From Magallana gigas (taxonomy: Eukaryota): DNA of 64,000 nt. Position 1 is the stretch's first letter; the number at the start of each line of letters is the position of its first letter. The notes beneath the pieces are model-generated. The model saw only the letters and a program-made list of their open reading frames with translations, made no database searches and was not told where the DNA came from. The translations under genes were made by a program, and so were the position numbers. Shown here piece by piece: positions 14,401-25,982 of this stretch. The DNA lies in contig NC_088860.1 of assembly GCF_963853765.1 (NCBI RefSeq), forward strand, positions 6,262,001-6,326,000, read 5' to 3'.

Positions 14401-17206
14401 CATATTTAGGATCTAGTTTTACGTATAAAGGTCTTCCGATTAACGATTTCCGATCCTCAGCCATGTTCGATAGCTTATCTGGATCTTTTTTTTCATTCGT
14501 ACCATAAATCTGCCTTTTATATTGACAAATTCAATTTTTCTTCTAGCGCTAGTATTATGATCAATTACTGAACAAAATGCTTGGCTTAGTGGATCCACGG
14601 AGATCTACATTATATAGATGTAGGTAAATATGTTCGAGCCGCCGATCGCGATGGACCGTTATTGCCTTTTTTGTATCTTAACCTGTATACTTATTCCATT
14701 ATATCCATCAAAATTAAATATGCAATACATATGTAAAATACATGAATGCCATAACAAATTTAATTTTTTTAAAATTTGAAGGAAAAATAAGATTTTTATG
14801 ATGAGATAATACTTTTAGGCTGAGGATCGGAGAATTTTGCAGGATGGATTCAATATATGGCCTTGATCAATGAATTCCATTTAAATGTTGTGTAAACAGG
14901 TTTAAGTTATATTGAGCAAATATATGTCAAATAGTCATGCAGAAAAGCTTTATAGAAAATGAATTCATATGATATGTATATCAATAATATTTATAGAGGA
15001 TGTAAAAGAGACTAATGAATAAAAGTCAGTGGTAACCTACAATGTAGATCAATGGTTGTGACTAATGGATCCTTTTTAGTCCCCTACCGGTTTTCACCGG
15101 AGGGGACTATAGCTTTCCTCTGCGTCCGTCAGTCCGTCCGTCCGTCTGTCTGTCCGTCCGTCTGTCTGTCCCACTTCAGTTTTCCACACTTTTTTTCTTT
15201 TTGCGTTTGAGGAATAATATGAAATTTGCTGAACAGCTTCAAAATGTCAAACTACAGATCAAGTTTACACTTTTGTAGCTTCTGTTTGGCATATATTCGA
15301 GAAAATTAATTTTTTACATTCCAATTTTTTAATGTTCGGGTTCGATATTCTGCATAACAGTGCATTTTTTCACAATTTCCACAAACCGGTAGGGGACGTG
15401 TATTGCTTATGCAATACTCTCAGAATGCTTGTTTTTAGTTGCCTCTTAGTCATTAATTATTGCGCCTGTTTGCCTGGGTTTTAGGTTTTCTTGGAGCTAT
15501 ATAAAGAAGGATCACTGGTCATGTTTATGACATTCAATGGCACAGCCTCCAACATAGAGAATTGGATGTCTCCCTCAAGACTTCTGTCGAGCAGTTGGAC
15601 AAAACTTTCTTTGGATGCACATTTCACGTACTTTTCTCTTACAGGGTATATACAGGTTTAACCCATAATCTTACATTCTAATATTCATCGTACAACCGAA
15701 CATCCTAACAAAAGAAGTATAACATNNNNNNNNNNNNNNNNNNNNNNNNNNNNNNNNNNNNNNNNNNNNNNNNNNNNNNNNNNNNNNNNNNNNNNNNNNN
15801 NNNNNNNNNNNNNNNNNNNNNNNNNNNNNNNNNNNNNNNNNNNNNNNNNNNNNNNNNNNNNNNNNNNNNNNNNNNNGGGTTAACCAATTCTATTTATTTT
15901 TAATAATTGAAAGGGCAGAGTCATAAACTAGAACAAAATTTACTAGTTTTTGGTCTAAAGAACTATATATGATAAGAGTTAAATTTGGCCCCCATAATTT
16001 GCCATTTTTTAAGTGTTTCGGGTAAAATAAAATGTTAACTAATTTTTTAGAAGACTTGATATAAAATATATTTTTCATCTATTTATTTGATTTATTTGCA
16101 CTCACTGGCAGTATATGACGTCAGAAGTGACGCCATTTCTATAATTCAATCAAAATCAGCCAACAATTGACATTTTAATTATCTATTTACGAATGGGAAA
16201 TATAGAGCGCATGCTTGAACAAGGAAAAATTTTTCGTCACTTATTAGTCTTGGCTAGATACATCTCCAATTAAAATATTTTATTTGTTCAAGAATGCGCT
16301 CTATGTTTTCGGAAGGAAAAACTGCTTGAAAACAAGCTGTTTTACGCTAAAAATGCAAAAAATGGCGGGAAAAGGTTGTCTTTACAATGTCATATTTCTT
16401 AATTGTGGGCACTTGAACCAAAATGAATATTATGTAAACACATCTCATACATATCCGTACTAGGAAAACAAAGAATGATAGTAAAATGATGATGTTCATT
16501 TTAGGGGGCCATTTTAGGCCCTTATCATATATAGTCCTTTCATCGGAAATGCGTCAATCATTACAATAAAACAATTCAAGCTTAAAACATAATCAGAATG
16601 TGTCATTTTCTACATTCTTATTTGAAAAAAAGAGGCCGCTGACATAATTATGTAAAGGGATCACATTATTTGTAAAATTGGGTAAATCTTAGGGAGGAGA
16701 CGCATGTTATTTGTACGATTTAAGAGTATTATAACAGCTTACAATTCATTGTAGTTTTTGCGAAGTGAAAGTGATTATATGTTTTTGCAAAAAATGACCG
16801 GATGTAGTCTTAAGAAACAATACGCTCTTTGTTTAAGCGACTCCTACTGCTCCTGTGTGTTTCTGATACAGCAGAGTTATGGGGAGTGTGTCAAGGACAC
16901 TGGATGGTTCGTTGTCCTTGACCCGATCTTAACGCCTCCAGATTGCTGTAAATGGAGCGACCTTCCCGAAAAACCAAAGTTTGTTTATTCGATGGATGAC
17001 AACATGACAACGTTCCAAGACGGACGTAAGAATTACATATTGATACATACATCCAAATCTGCTTTTTATTTGCGAGCAATTAGAAATGAAAGTGATTCAG
17101 ATGAATATGATTGACAAATGTAATACTAGGTTTTCTGATTTGTGTTTGTTCTATTTTAGATGTTGGTTTTGCTGATGTTTTGGCTTTGTATGTCAAATAC
17201 GAATAA
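11401..17206 (+). CDS. Probably secreted PAN/apple-domain protein fused to an unnamed ~190 aa domain (303 aa). Exons 11401-11731, 13775-13959, 15485-15645, 16838-17025, 17160-17206
   Basis: Hydrophobic N-terminus and a PAN-like pattern (CCLRCLQYTGCKSVNFDMRDGRCEIN). Five GT-AG exons join in frame (912 nt), giving ELMLRATAGNGISVRDTW...HYRNPNVDLWN...VFLELYKEG...FNGTASNIENWM...SSSWTKL...FLIQQSYGECVKDTGWFVV...CCKW...PKFVYS...GFADVLALYVKYE*. The start codon is less certain than the exon chain. Confidence 0.8.
11954..12590. repeat. Intronic tandem duplication, two diverged ~310-bp units
   Basis: AAAATTATATATGTTAG(G/A)TGGCGCCGGAGTATT... starts at ~11955 and again at ~12264, and the units align throughout. 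Confidence 0.8.
15074..15436 (+). mobile_element. Apparently complete non-autonomous Helentron (DINE-1/HINE-like)
   Basis: Subterminal inverted repeats GTCCCCTACCGGTT (15079) / AACCGGTAGGGGAC (15384), a (GTCY)n microsatellite, a 3' hairpin GTATTGC-TTAT-GCAATAC (15400-15417), and T-rich flanks. Confidence 0.8.
15726..15876. other. Assembly gap (151 N) in intron 3 of the PAN gene
   Basis: Run of N. Confidence 1.
15957..16540. mobile_element. Non-autonomous TIR DNA element (~580 bp)
   Basis: AAAGAACTATATATGATAAGAGTTAAATTTGGCCCCC / GGGGCCATTTTAGGCCCTTATCATATATAGTCCTTT inverted termini. Confidence 0.75.
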
Positions 17207-17894
17207 ACAGTTAACATTTCTTACCACAATAGCAAAATGAGCCGTTTCTTAAACGATGGACTTTTTAGCAAAATGAGCCGTTTCTTAAACGATGGAAATT
17301 TTGTAGTCTTGTATAAATCTTGAGATTCTAATAAAAAGATAAAGTTTTATTTCAGAATTTTTTAGAAATTGTAAAAATGTTTTATGTCCTATGCTAAATT
17401 CAACTACCCCTACCACAATTGCGACTGTATGGTATTATGCTCTATAGCTGAGGAATCTTCGTTACATTAATACACAAAGGTGACAATTAAGCAGTGTTTA
17501 ATTGAATCACACACCACTTCCGTCTTAACCTAATCTCGTTTTGAAATTAAAATTAATAGGGACTGAACAATACATTAATAAAGTGAAGTTATTTCAATAT
17601 GTAGTTATCCTTAAAAAATATCAACATGCAGTTTTCAATAAATCGTATGAACCTATGCAAAGTTTAACGTTGACATTATTGTTTCGCGACCTTGTTTGCA
17701 ACGATTATTAGGTTATTGAACTTTCGATGATTGATCATTAACCGAGTAACTGTTATGTAATCCACTTTTACAAGTTGTACAATCGAAAAACGAGGTGGTT
17801 AAAACATATTCGGACAACTGTTGTACAACTGCACTTTCATCATTTCCTACGATCCTGCTGGCACCAGACAATGAATGCAACTTTTGTCGGTGCA

Positions 17895-17947
17895 TATAAA
17901 TCAATTCTTACGCGTGCGTATCTCCAGTGTCCATCATTCTCTAAGCG
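17895..17947 (+). promoter_or_regulatory. TATA box and non-coding exon 1 of Gly/Tyr-rich gene 3 (paralogous copies at 20455-20507 and ~23208)
   Basis: TATAAA at 17895 and donor AAGCG|GTGAGT at 17948. About 55 nt around the donor are identical in the gene 4 promoter. Confidence 0.7.
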
Positions 17948-18072
17948 GTGAGTAGATGTGCGTTTTATTCTAGATTTGTGTCTTTTCATTGAATGCTGCC
18001 AACAGCTTGTTTTATTTTATCTTTTATTTTAATTTCTAGATTTGTGAAATCGAGTATTAAAGTTTCTTCAAA

Positions 18073-18627
18073 ATGAGGGTCCTACTTCCTGTTAGTCTCC
18101 TCCTTGGCATTGCCTCTGCCACCTTTCCTGGTTCTTACTATGGAGATCCCGGATATGTTCAGTCCCTACCCCCAAGAATCACCTCTCTCACAATGACCTT
18201 TCCCCACGGAAACCCTTTCAGACCAGGCGAGAACTACGTGGATCTGGGAAGAACCGGGCCCTACTATCTTGGTAACGGTTACAGAGGTTACACCATCTAT
18301 CCAACATACGGAATCAGTAATACGTATAACAGGCTGTTTGGTGGTGGGTCTCCCTTTGGGTTAATTGGGGGCAATAATTATGGAGGTTATCCCTTTGGAG
18401 GTTATCCGACGGGAAATATCGGAGGTGGTCTTTTAGGGAGACCTTTTGGACGTAAGTAAAATGACAAAAATCAATATTTGGATGGAAGGGATTGTTTATG
18501 CAAACTTAATATTGCTTATTTACTTTAATGTATGGTGACCATCTAAGTTTGTTATTATAATCTATGATTTTTTAAGAGTACTAAAGTTGTTTGTTTTCAA
18601 TTTGTTTCAGATAAACGGCATGGTTGA
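18073..18627 (+). CDS. Secreted Gly/Tyr/Pro-rich shematrin-like protein, copy 3 (131 aa). Coding exons 18073-18451 and 18611-18627
   Basis: Signal peptide MRVLLPVSLLLGIASA and motif FPHGNPFRPGENYVDL. Donor C|GTAAGT at 18452 and acceptor TTTCAG at 18610 give GHKRHG*. The last exon and UTR align with those of copy 4. Confidence 0.8.
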
Positions 18628-19269
18628 ATTTTTTAAAAATGATTTGAATAAACGTTTAAAAACTAATTTAGTTTTAGTGTTTCTGCATTTTAATTGACAT
18701 ACTCTAATATGGTGTTTTTGCCAAAAAAAATTATCATAATTTTGAAAATAATGAGCCAATGTTTTATTTAAAGATTTGCGCAAATTCAAATATTCACATT
18801 TATTCTTAAGCAACGGATCCACTACAAATGTTTGACGGAAAATTGGAACATTAACAGAAGTTCCAAGACATACTAAAACAACGTTTTACCTTTCAATAAA
18901 TAAGAAGTAATAAACTGAAACACAACATCCCCTTTAACTTTTTTTTGTTAAGAAAAATAAACAGGTTGAATAAAACACTAATATAAATAATAAGTTTCAA
19001 ATTAATATTAAACCTTAAAATACAGAGGATTCCTTATCAATTGCGAGGAATAAATATCCGCGTAAAATCCCAAAAAGCGGCCCTCGAGTACTTTAAAATT
19101 GCGCTTGTATTTTTAAGACAGAAAATATTAACGAAAAGATTGATGCTCGTGATTATGTGTCCGCGATTTGATTCAATAAGCGGAATTGTGGAATTTAAAA
19201 CTCGAGTAAAATGATGAATTTACAGGAAATGATAGGCATGGTGACCCTTTGTACGAAGTTTTTTTCTAT

Positions 19270-19760
19270 CAAATAAATCAACATACGTTGACAATCAAGT
19301 TAATTATATCAACAAGCAACATAACATTTGATTACAATCAAATCAAAATTGTCTAAAATCCAAAAAAAAAAAAAACAATTATCGCCCACATGCGACTTCA
19401 AACATGGTAGATGCTGCTTATTTTACGTGGACATGCGAGAAAAATATGTTTACAAGTAACTTATTTATGTTTACATACGTGTACAACTTATTCCTGTTTG
19501 CATGCAACTTAATTATGTTGACTTGCAACTTTATGATATCATGCAAATTCGTGATATTGACTTGCGTGATCAGTATGTCGACATGCATCTTGTTGACATA
19601 GGTAAGTTGCATGTCAACATATCTATTTCGCATGTCTACATAAACAAGTAGCAATAAGCATGTTGGAAATCACATGCGGGCAATATTTGATGTTTTTAGG
19701 GCATTTTTAATTTCATATGAATGCAAAATTTCTTGCATGTCAACATAATTGTTGTGCATT
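19270..19760. mobile_element. Interspersed element built from GTTGACATGCAAC/TTGCATGTCAACAT internal repeats
   Basis: Multiple direct and inverted (T)TGCATGTCAACAT-type units and no credible ORF. Boundaries are approximate. Confidence 0.5.
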
Positions 19761-20631
19761 ATGGCATAACTATAGGCGTTTGAAGGGGTAAAAAAAAACG
19801 GTAATGCCTTAACTTTCTATGAAAATACACATTTATTGATGACGTAGAGACTTGCGCGCTATCTAGCGTCAATCCAGTGAATAATTGTTGGTTTTACATC
19901 GGTGTCTGTTGATTATGCAGACGAGTCTGTTAATTTTGTTTTAAGCTTGTCTGTTTCGTATTTCAATATGTTTTTAAAAATTAGTTGTCCCTTTCGCATT
20001 AACTTTTTTTTAACCCATTCCGCTGCTCATACATATAACTATCTTGTCTGTAAACATATTTATCTTGTATTTCGTTATATTTAGTAGAAAAACAACTTTC
20101 GTCCAAAGTGCAGAAGTATGCCAACTCCCAAAAAACAATAAAGCACAAGTAATGCACGTTTTTAAGCTTTACGTAAGAATAATGGGGTTAATTATTTGTC
20201 AACTGATGAACACATGCGGGATTGTTTGACCTCACATAATCCTTATCTTTGAATATCCAACTGTAATATATATTTATTTAAATGCCGAATTGCCGTCATG
20301 TATTGAACGTTTTTTAGGTTTACTTACAATTTATGAGGAGGTTAGATCAAATATTTGACGACTATTGTAAGGCTGCGCATATTTTTTACCTTCCGTGTTC
20401 CTTGTGTCATTAAAATGTGTCACTAAAATGCGAATGCAACTCGCAACGGTACCATATAAATCAATTCTGAAACGTGCGTATCTCCAGTGTCCATCATTCT
20501 CTAAGCGGTGAGTAGATGTGCGTTTTAATCTAGACTTGGGTCTTTCTCATTGATTGCTGCCAACAGCTTGTTTCATTCCATATTTATATTTGATATTTAG
20601 ATCTGTAAAATTGGATATAAAAACTATCAGA

Positions 20632-21655
20632 ATGAGTTGCCTACTTTCCGTTAGTCTACTTTTTGGAATTGTTTGTGCCATCTTTCCTGGTTTTTGCTAC
20701 GGTGGTCACGTGCGGTCCATTTATCCAACATACGGAATCAGTAATACGTATAACAGGCTGTTTGATGGTGGGTCTCTCTTTGGTGGATTGACCAGTGGAA
20801 GCGTAGGTTTAATTGGCAATAAATATGAACGTTATCCTTTTAGAGGCCATCCTACGGGAAACGTCGGAGGTGGTCTTTTAGGAGGACCCCATGGACGTAA
20901 GTATACAGGCAACCTTAAAGTAGATCCAGTTTTCTGTGATGTCATACTGTATTGTAAAACTTTGAATTCTTTAAAATTTGTGCAAGATAGTTTTATTAAT
21001 TTTATGTGAATATAATCACATGGATGTAATTAGAATACTGTCAAGTTCAAGATATATTTGCAGCTTAATTCTATCCTAAATTTACAATTTTTTATACATT
21101 TCATCTATGCTAAGGGGAAATAACTCTTTTTCTGACTTTTCTCTCAGTTGTATGTCTAAATGCTATAATTTTTCTAATCCCAACAACCAATTTTAAAATG
21201 TTTTTGTAGTTTTAGTTTTCTAACACAGTTAACAATAAAATTAGAAAAGATAAACAAGTTTCTGCCTACAAAGATTTTACTTTTTAACAAAAAAGTACGG
21301 TTTTCTGATCCTAAAATACGCTTTAGGTCATGTTTATCTGACATCTCAAGAAGTGTGATTTCATGTATATTTTTTCTAATAATTGATGAAATTTAAGTTT
21401 ATTTAGTTGTAATCAGTTATGATTTTCAACTTTCATCAGAGAATTGTACGAGTATGGAGTTACCTTAATATTATATTTTATATTAATCATAATTTGGATA
21501 GAAAGGATTGGTCTAGGGTATATATAAACTTGCAATTGCTTATTTTTCATGCTGACTACTTTAGTTTATTAATTATAATATATGCCTACTATATTGTACT
21601 AAATTTGTACTAAAACTTTTTTTCCTTTTTTTTTTTAGATTATTGGAGGGCATGA
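20632..21655 (+). CDS. Shortened Gly-rich paralog, copy 4 (93 aa). Coding exons 20632-20896 and 21639-21655
   Basis: Own TATA/exon 1 (20455-20507), acceptor at 20600, signal peptide MSCLLSVSLLFGIVCA. IYPTYGISNTYNRLF is identical to copy 3. Donor C|GTAAGT at 20897 and acceptor at 21638 give GHYWRA*. Confidence 0.7.
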
Positions 21656-23182
21656 ATCGTTTCTACGAATGATTTGTATAAAAACGTTTAAAAATAAATC
21701 TAGTCTTAATATTTTCTGCATCGTAATTGGTATACTCTACTTCAATGTTTTCAACAATACGATTTATGATGGTTTTAAAGCTGCTTGGTCCGATTTTTTC
21801 GTTATTACAGTATTTAAAAAAAATTTCTATACAAACCATTCATTTTAGAAAGTTATGCACTTTCTCCTATTTACACCAGCAGAATCAGTCTCCTTTCAAA
21901 GTTAGAAATATTCAAAGTAAATAAAAATCATTTCTTTTTGGGCAAACGAAAAAACAAACCAAAATGCATCACGGGAATGTTTAGAAAAGGAAACCGTTTG
22001 GTTTCGTCCCCCGAATAATTGGGTTATTCAACCCGCATGCTATTCATCGATTGTAAAGAAAGCAAACTTCAGATATATTTGCGAACAAAACGTTCTCGTG
22101 TTTATTTGTAATTTGTCTGATCATTTCGACCTTTATTGAAAGCGATTTCAAAGTCGTAATACAACCATAGACGTCTCGTCGTCAGGGACGAACTTTAACA
22201 TGAGGCGAAATAACGAGGTACCCTTTTATGTCGTTTGTTTTGTTAGCAAATGTACGTATTTTTCTTCTTTGAAATTTGGCTTAAATGACTAGGAAAACTA
22301 CTGCAATGCCTATTATTATACATATACTTAGCATAACCATCGTTTAAAAGCGTGCATAAAATTTAATATAAAATCGGACCAAGCAGCTTTAAATGTATGG
22401 AGCCATATTTCTATCGAACGAGTGGTACAAATTCAAATCTTACGCAAAACAGCCTCCACAAACATTTGCATTTACAATATGTTTGGTCATGTCCTCGCGT
22501 GGTAGTGTGTGAAATTATTTCCTGATGTTTTTGCTTGTATATCAAATACGTATAGGCAGTAGAACGTTTCGTCATCCAAACAAAGTGTGCACATTTTTAA
22601 AAGAAGGACTTTTAAGACAATAGTTTGCAGTCGTGTATGCATCATGGTATTCTATTTAAAAGGTAAAGCTTATCTTAGTATATCTTGGAAATTGGTTCAA
22701 GTTCTAATACTTGCGTCAAACTAAATTACCAGTACGACACTTCTGATTAGATTTTCTAAAGCTTCTTTTCATTTTTTTTTTTATTTCATTGGTTGGTAAA
22801 TTGAAACACCACTACGCCTTTATTTCTTTATTTCCTTTTTCTACCGTTAAAACAATAAACGGGTTTTACAAAACATTAACACAAATAATAAATTCCAAAT
22901 GAAGATGCAATCCTTAAAATTATTAATAGGCACCTCCCAACAAGCAAATCAAACATAAACAGGGTCAGACATCGACACCATGGTACCGGTTTTGCAACAT
23001 TAATTATCAATAATAACTAGGCTATATAAATTCAGATGGTGGATCCTTTACCTTTTGCCGTTAAATAGTGCATGTTTTTAAGTTGTTCGGACGAATAATG
23101 AGGAAGTTAAATAAAGCATTTAACAACTAATATACAACTTCACGTTTTGTTTAACCTCCAGTGAACCTAATGTCACCTAACA

Positions 23183-23670
23183 GCAAATGCAACTCGTATT
23201 GGTGCCCTATAAATTGAATCTGACGCGCTTATATCATCATTTTCTTAAAATTCAGTAAGTGTGTGTCTAATTAAAGATTGTTGTCTTTCACGATGCTTGA
23301 ACTGCTAACGAATTGTATTAGGCCTTTTTCAATTTATAGATCTATAATTGTAGATAAGGTACTTGTTCAGTATAAAGGTCTTTCCTTATGTCTCCTCCAT
23401 GGCCATGCTTAAGGTACATTTCATGGTCCATTCAAACTAGCTGAGTACTTTATTGATTTTGGAAGAACTGGGCCCTACTATCTTGATTTCAGATAATACA
23501 TCATCTATCCAACATACGGAATCAGTGATTCGTATAACAGGCTGTTTGGTGCAGGGCCTCTCTTAGTGGATTGACTACTGGATGCCAAGAGTTAATTAGG
23601 GGCAATAACTATGGAAATTATCCTTTTAAAGACTATCCAACAGAAAATATCAGAGGTGTTCTTTTTGGGG
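23183..23670 (+). pseudogene. Pseudogene of the copy 3/4 family
   Basis: Promoter remnant (AATGCAACT, TATAAA at 23208), a degraded signal-peptide stretch with no ATG (~23380-23410), then GRTGPYYLDFR* with an in-frame TAA at ~23493, followed by IYPTYGISDSYNRLFG and further disruption. Confidence 0.8.
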
Positions 23671-24460
23671 AGGGGGGGGGGGGGGGGCTTTTGAATGATT
23701 CCCTGTGGAGGCAGAATTGTTATCATAATGATTCATAAATTTATCAATCGGTATGTATATAAATGAATAAATAATACATGTAGACTTGTTTTTATTGATT
23801 ATTACATCTTTGATTTAAATTATTTGAAGGGTAGGATTAAATGCGTATGCTGATGAACTTTTAAACTTGACACTGTTTATTCGTATTGATGGTGATTACT
23901 GTATACAAGGCAATCTTTGTCCCTGTTTTATATTCGTCCATTCCCCCTCGTTGTCAGCGGCCGAATTTAGGACTGAGAGAATTCTAAATATCTGGCGAAT
24001 ATAACCTTCTCTACATTATCTTATTGGTGTTTTTTTTTTAATTTAATGATACATGCCTACTGAAAAGTAATGGAATACTTTAATTTTATTTGTTTGACAA
24101 ACTAGTATACACAGTACCTATGAGTGTAAAATGAAAACATTCATGCAAATTTTATTTCATTTTTATCAAAATCACATAATAGAGGATAAAGAGTCGATAT
24201 AAATAAAAGAGCTCGTTACGAGTATATTTGTTTCTTGATAAATATTTCTTTCCCAATACACTGTATATAAATGTTAATTTTTATATAGTGTTGATTCATG
24301 TTTTTAAAATGTCAAGAGTGCGTCAAATTTTATGGTTATGATTAATAGCATATTCATTGTTGAGTATGTTAGTTTGGATTCAGTTTATCTTGTTAAACTT
24401 CAGATGTAAGTCAGAATGGTATCCTTCCTCGGCTTGTGGACGGCGACCAATCAAAACATT

Positions 24461-25982
24461 TTAACCGGGAAAACCTGGTAAAAATGAAAAGAAAGGAACT
24501 TAGAAAGATGGTTCCATTAAACAAAAAATGATTTATGTTAATTTGATATATGACATACCCATGTTAAATATACCTGTGTTTTGACTCTCTGGCATTAACG
24601 TTGATCCTCCGAATAACCCAGGGTTTGGTGATACAAGAGGTGATAGAACGTCTACGCCATTGTTGATGGCCGGGTTACTGCTGCCCCCTGTTGAACCAAA
24701 CCCGTGTAGGAGAGCAGATGTTATATCATCAATTGCGGCTCTCAAATTGCCTGTCCTAATGTTATTGTTCACGGTAGAACCAGGAAAATTGTCAGTAAAG
24801 TGTCTGTCTGAAACAAAAGTTTCTCCAAGCCCGAAATTGTGACTGTTGACACGGTTCTCAGGTGCGAAAGAAGATCCGAGGATACCTGAACTAGGGGAAT
24901 TTCCAGTGAAACGATTGTTTAAGGTAAATCCCAAAGGTGGTGCCATGTGGCTAGTTTCATGGAATGAGTTTAAAAAACCAGAAGGGGCAATCGGATTGTT
25001 TCCAAAACTGCCTGTCCGTGTCAGTTCACGGATTTCTGTTCCACCAAAACTAGTGCTGAAAATTTACATAGAGATATAAAATTAGTTGAAAGCAATTTGA
25101 TCTGTATTTTTTCTCTGCAGAATTTAACAAGTGCTTTTTAATAATTTATGGATGCAATTGTATCATTTATGATTCAATTTAATTAGAAGAAAGATCTATA
25201 TATACAACGGAATACGGAGTAGCAAACAATTTTTGTACGAGATAAGAATTTATAAAGTTAAATATAACTTTACTTAAATCAGAGCCTTGTAAAATTACCT
25301 TTTTCCAAATCTTCAGTGAACTTAAACCATGATTTTTTTTTCGTTGAAATATTCACAATTTGCAATAAAAATGTGCGACATACTAAATTGAAAATAAAAT
25401 ATGTATTGCTTCAATAATAAAAATTGAACTCTCACTTTAATCAAAATGTTAATGTTTTTAAATGAAACATACAGTTTTAAAATTCTCTGTTTCATAAATT
25501 TATTTTGAATCATTATATTCACCAAACTGTTTCCTATAACCTTACACAAATGGAGCAAACTTTTTATTAAAAACATTTAAATATGCACCTATTTTTTTTA
25601 CCTAAAAGATCCTATGCACCTATTTTTTTTACCTAAAAGATCCACCACCGAAATTGTTTGTATCAGCGAGTGGCATTCTAGCCACTTGATTAGAAATTCC
25701 TTGAGAGTAAGGAAAGAAGCTATCGTAGAAGGACCCAGGCTGGGCAACAGCATACGAGTTGTGGTTTATCCCTGGAGATGAAAAATCAGTAAGAGATCCA
25801 ACACTTAATGAAAATCCATTGAAGGACGTTTCTGGAGAGTATCCGAATCCCACATCACTACTGTGGGTTCCGAGTTGTTCCGAAAATTGGCCAGAAATGG
25901 TGTTGGTATGCTCTCCTAGCAAAGCATTGCATGAACAAAGAACGCACAGCAAGAAAACCAGAGTACCTCCCAAACAACTCAT
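24461..25982 (-). CDS. Secreted Ser/Gly/Asn/Phe-rich low-complexity protein (286 aa). Exons 25982-25633, 25055-24559, 24474-24461
   Basis: TATAAA at 26027-26022, signal peptide MSCLGGTLVFLLCVLCSCNA. GT-AG junctions link the two ORF-track ORFs in frame (861 nt), ending ...NMGFPG*. The last exon is the least certain part. Confidence 0.75.
25582..25643. repeat. Perfect 31-bp tandem duplication that duplicates the exon 1 splice donor
   Basis: TATGCACCTATTTTTTTTACCTAAAAGATCC x2. Minus-strand donors at 25632 and 25601. Confidence 0.9.

Noticed and set aside
15705-15887. 60-aa ORF on the minus strand
   Set aside because: It runs through the N gap and is an artefact.
16758-17114. Stand-alone 118-aa ORF
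   Set aside because: Only 16838-17025 is coding (exon 4 of the PAN gene); the rest is intron.
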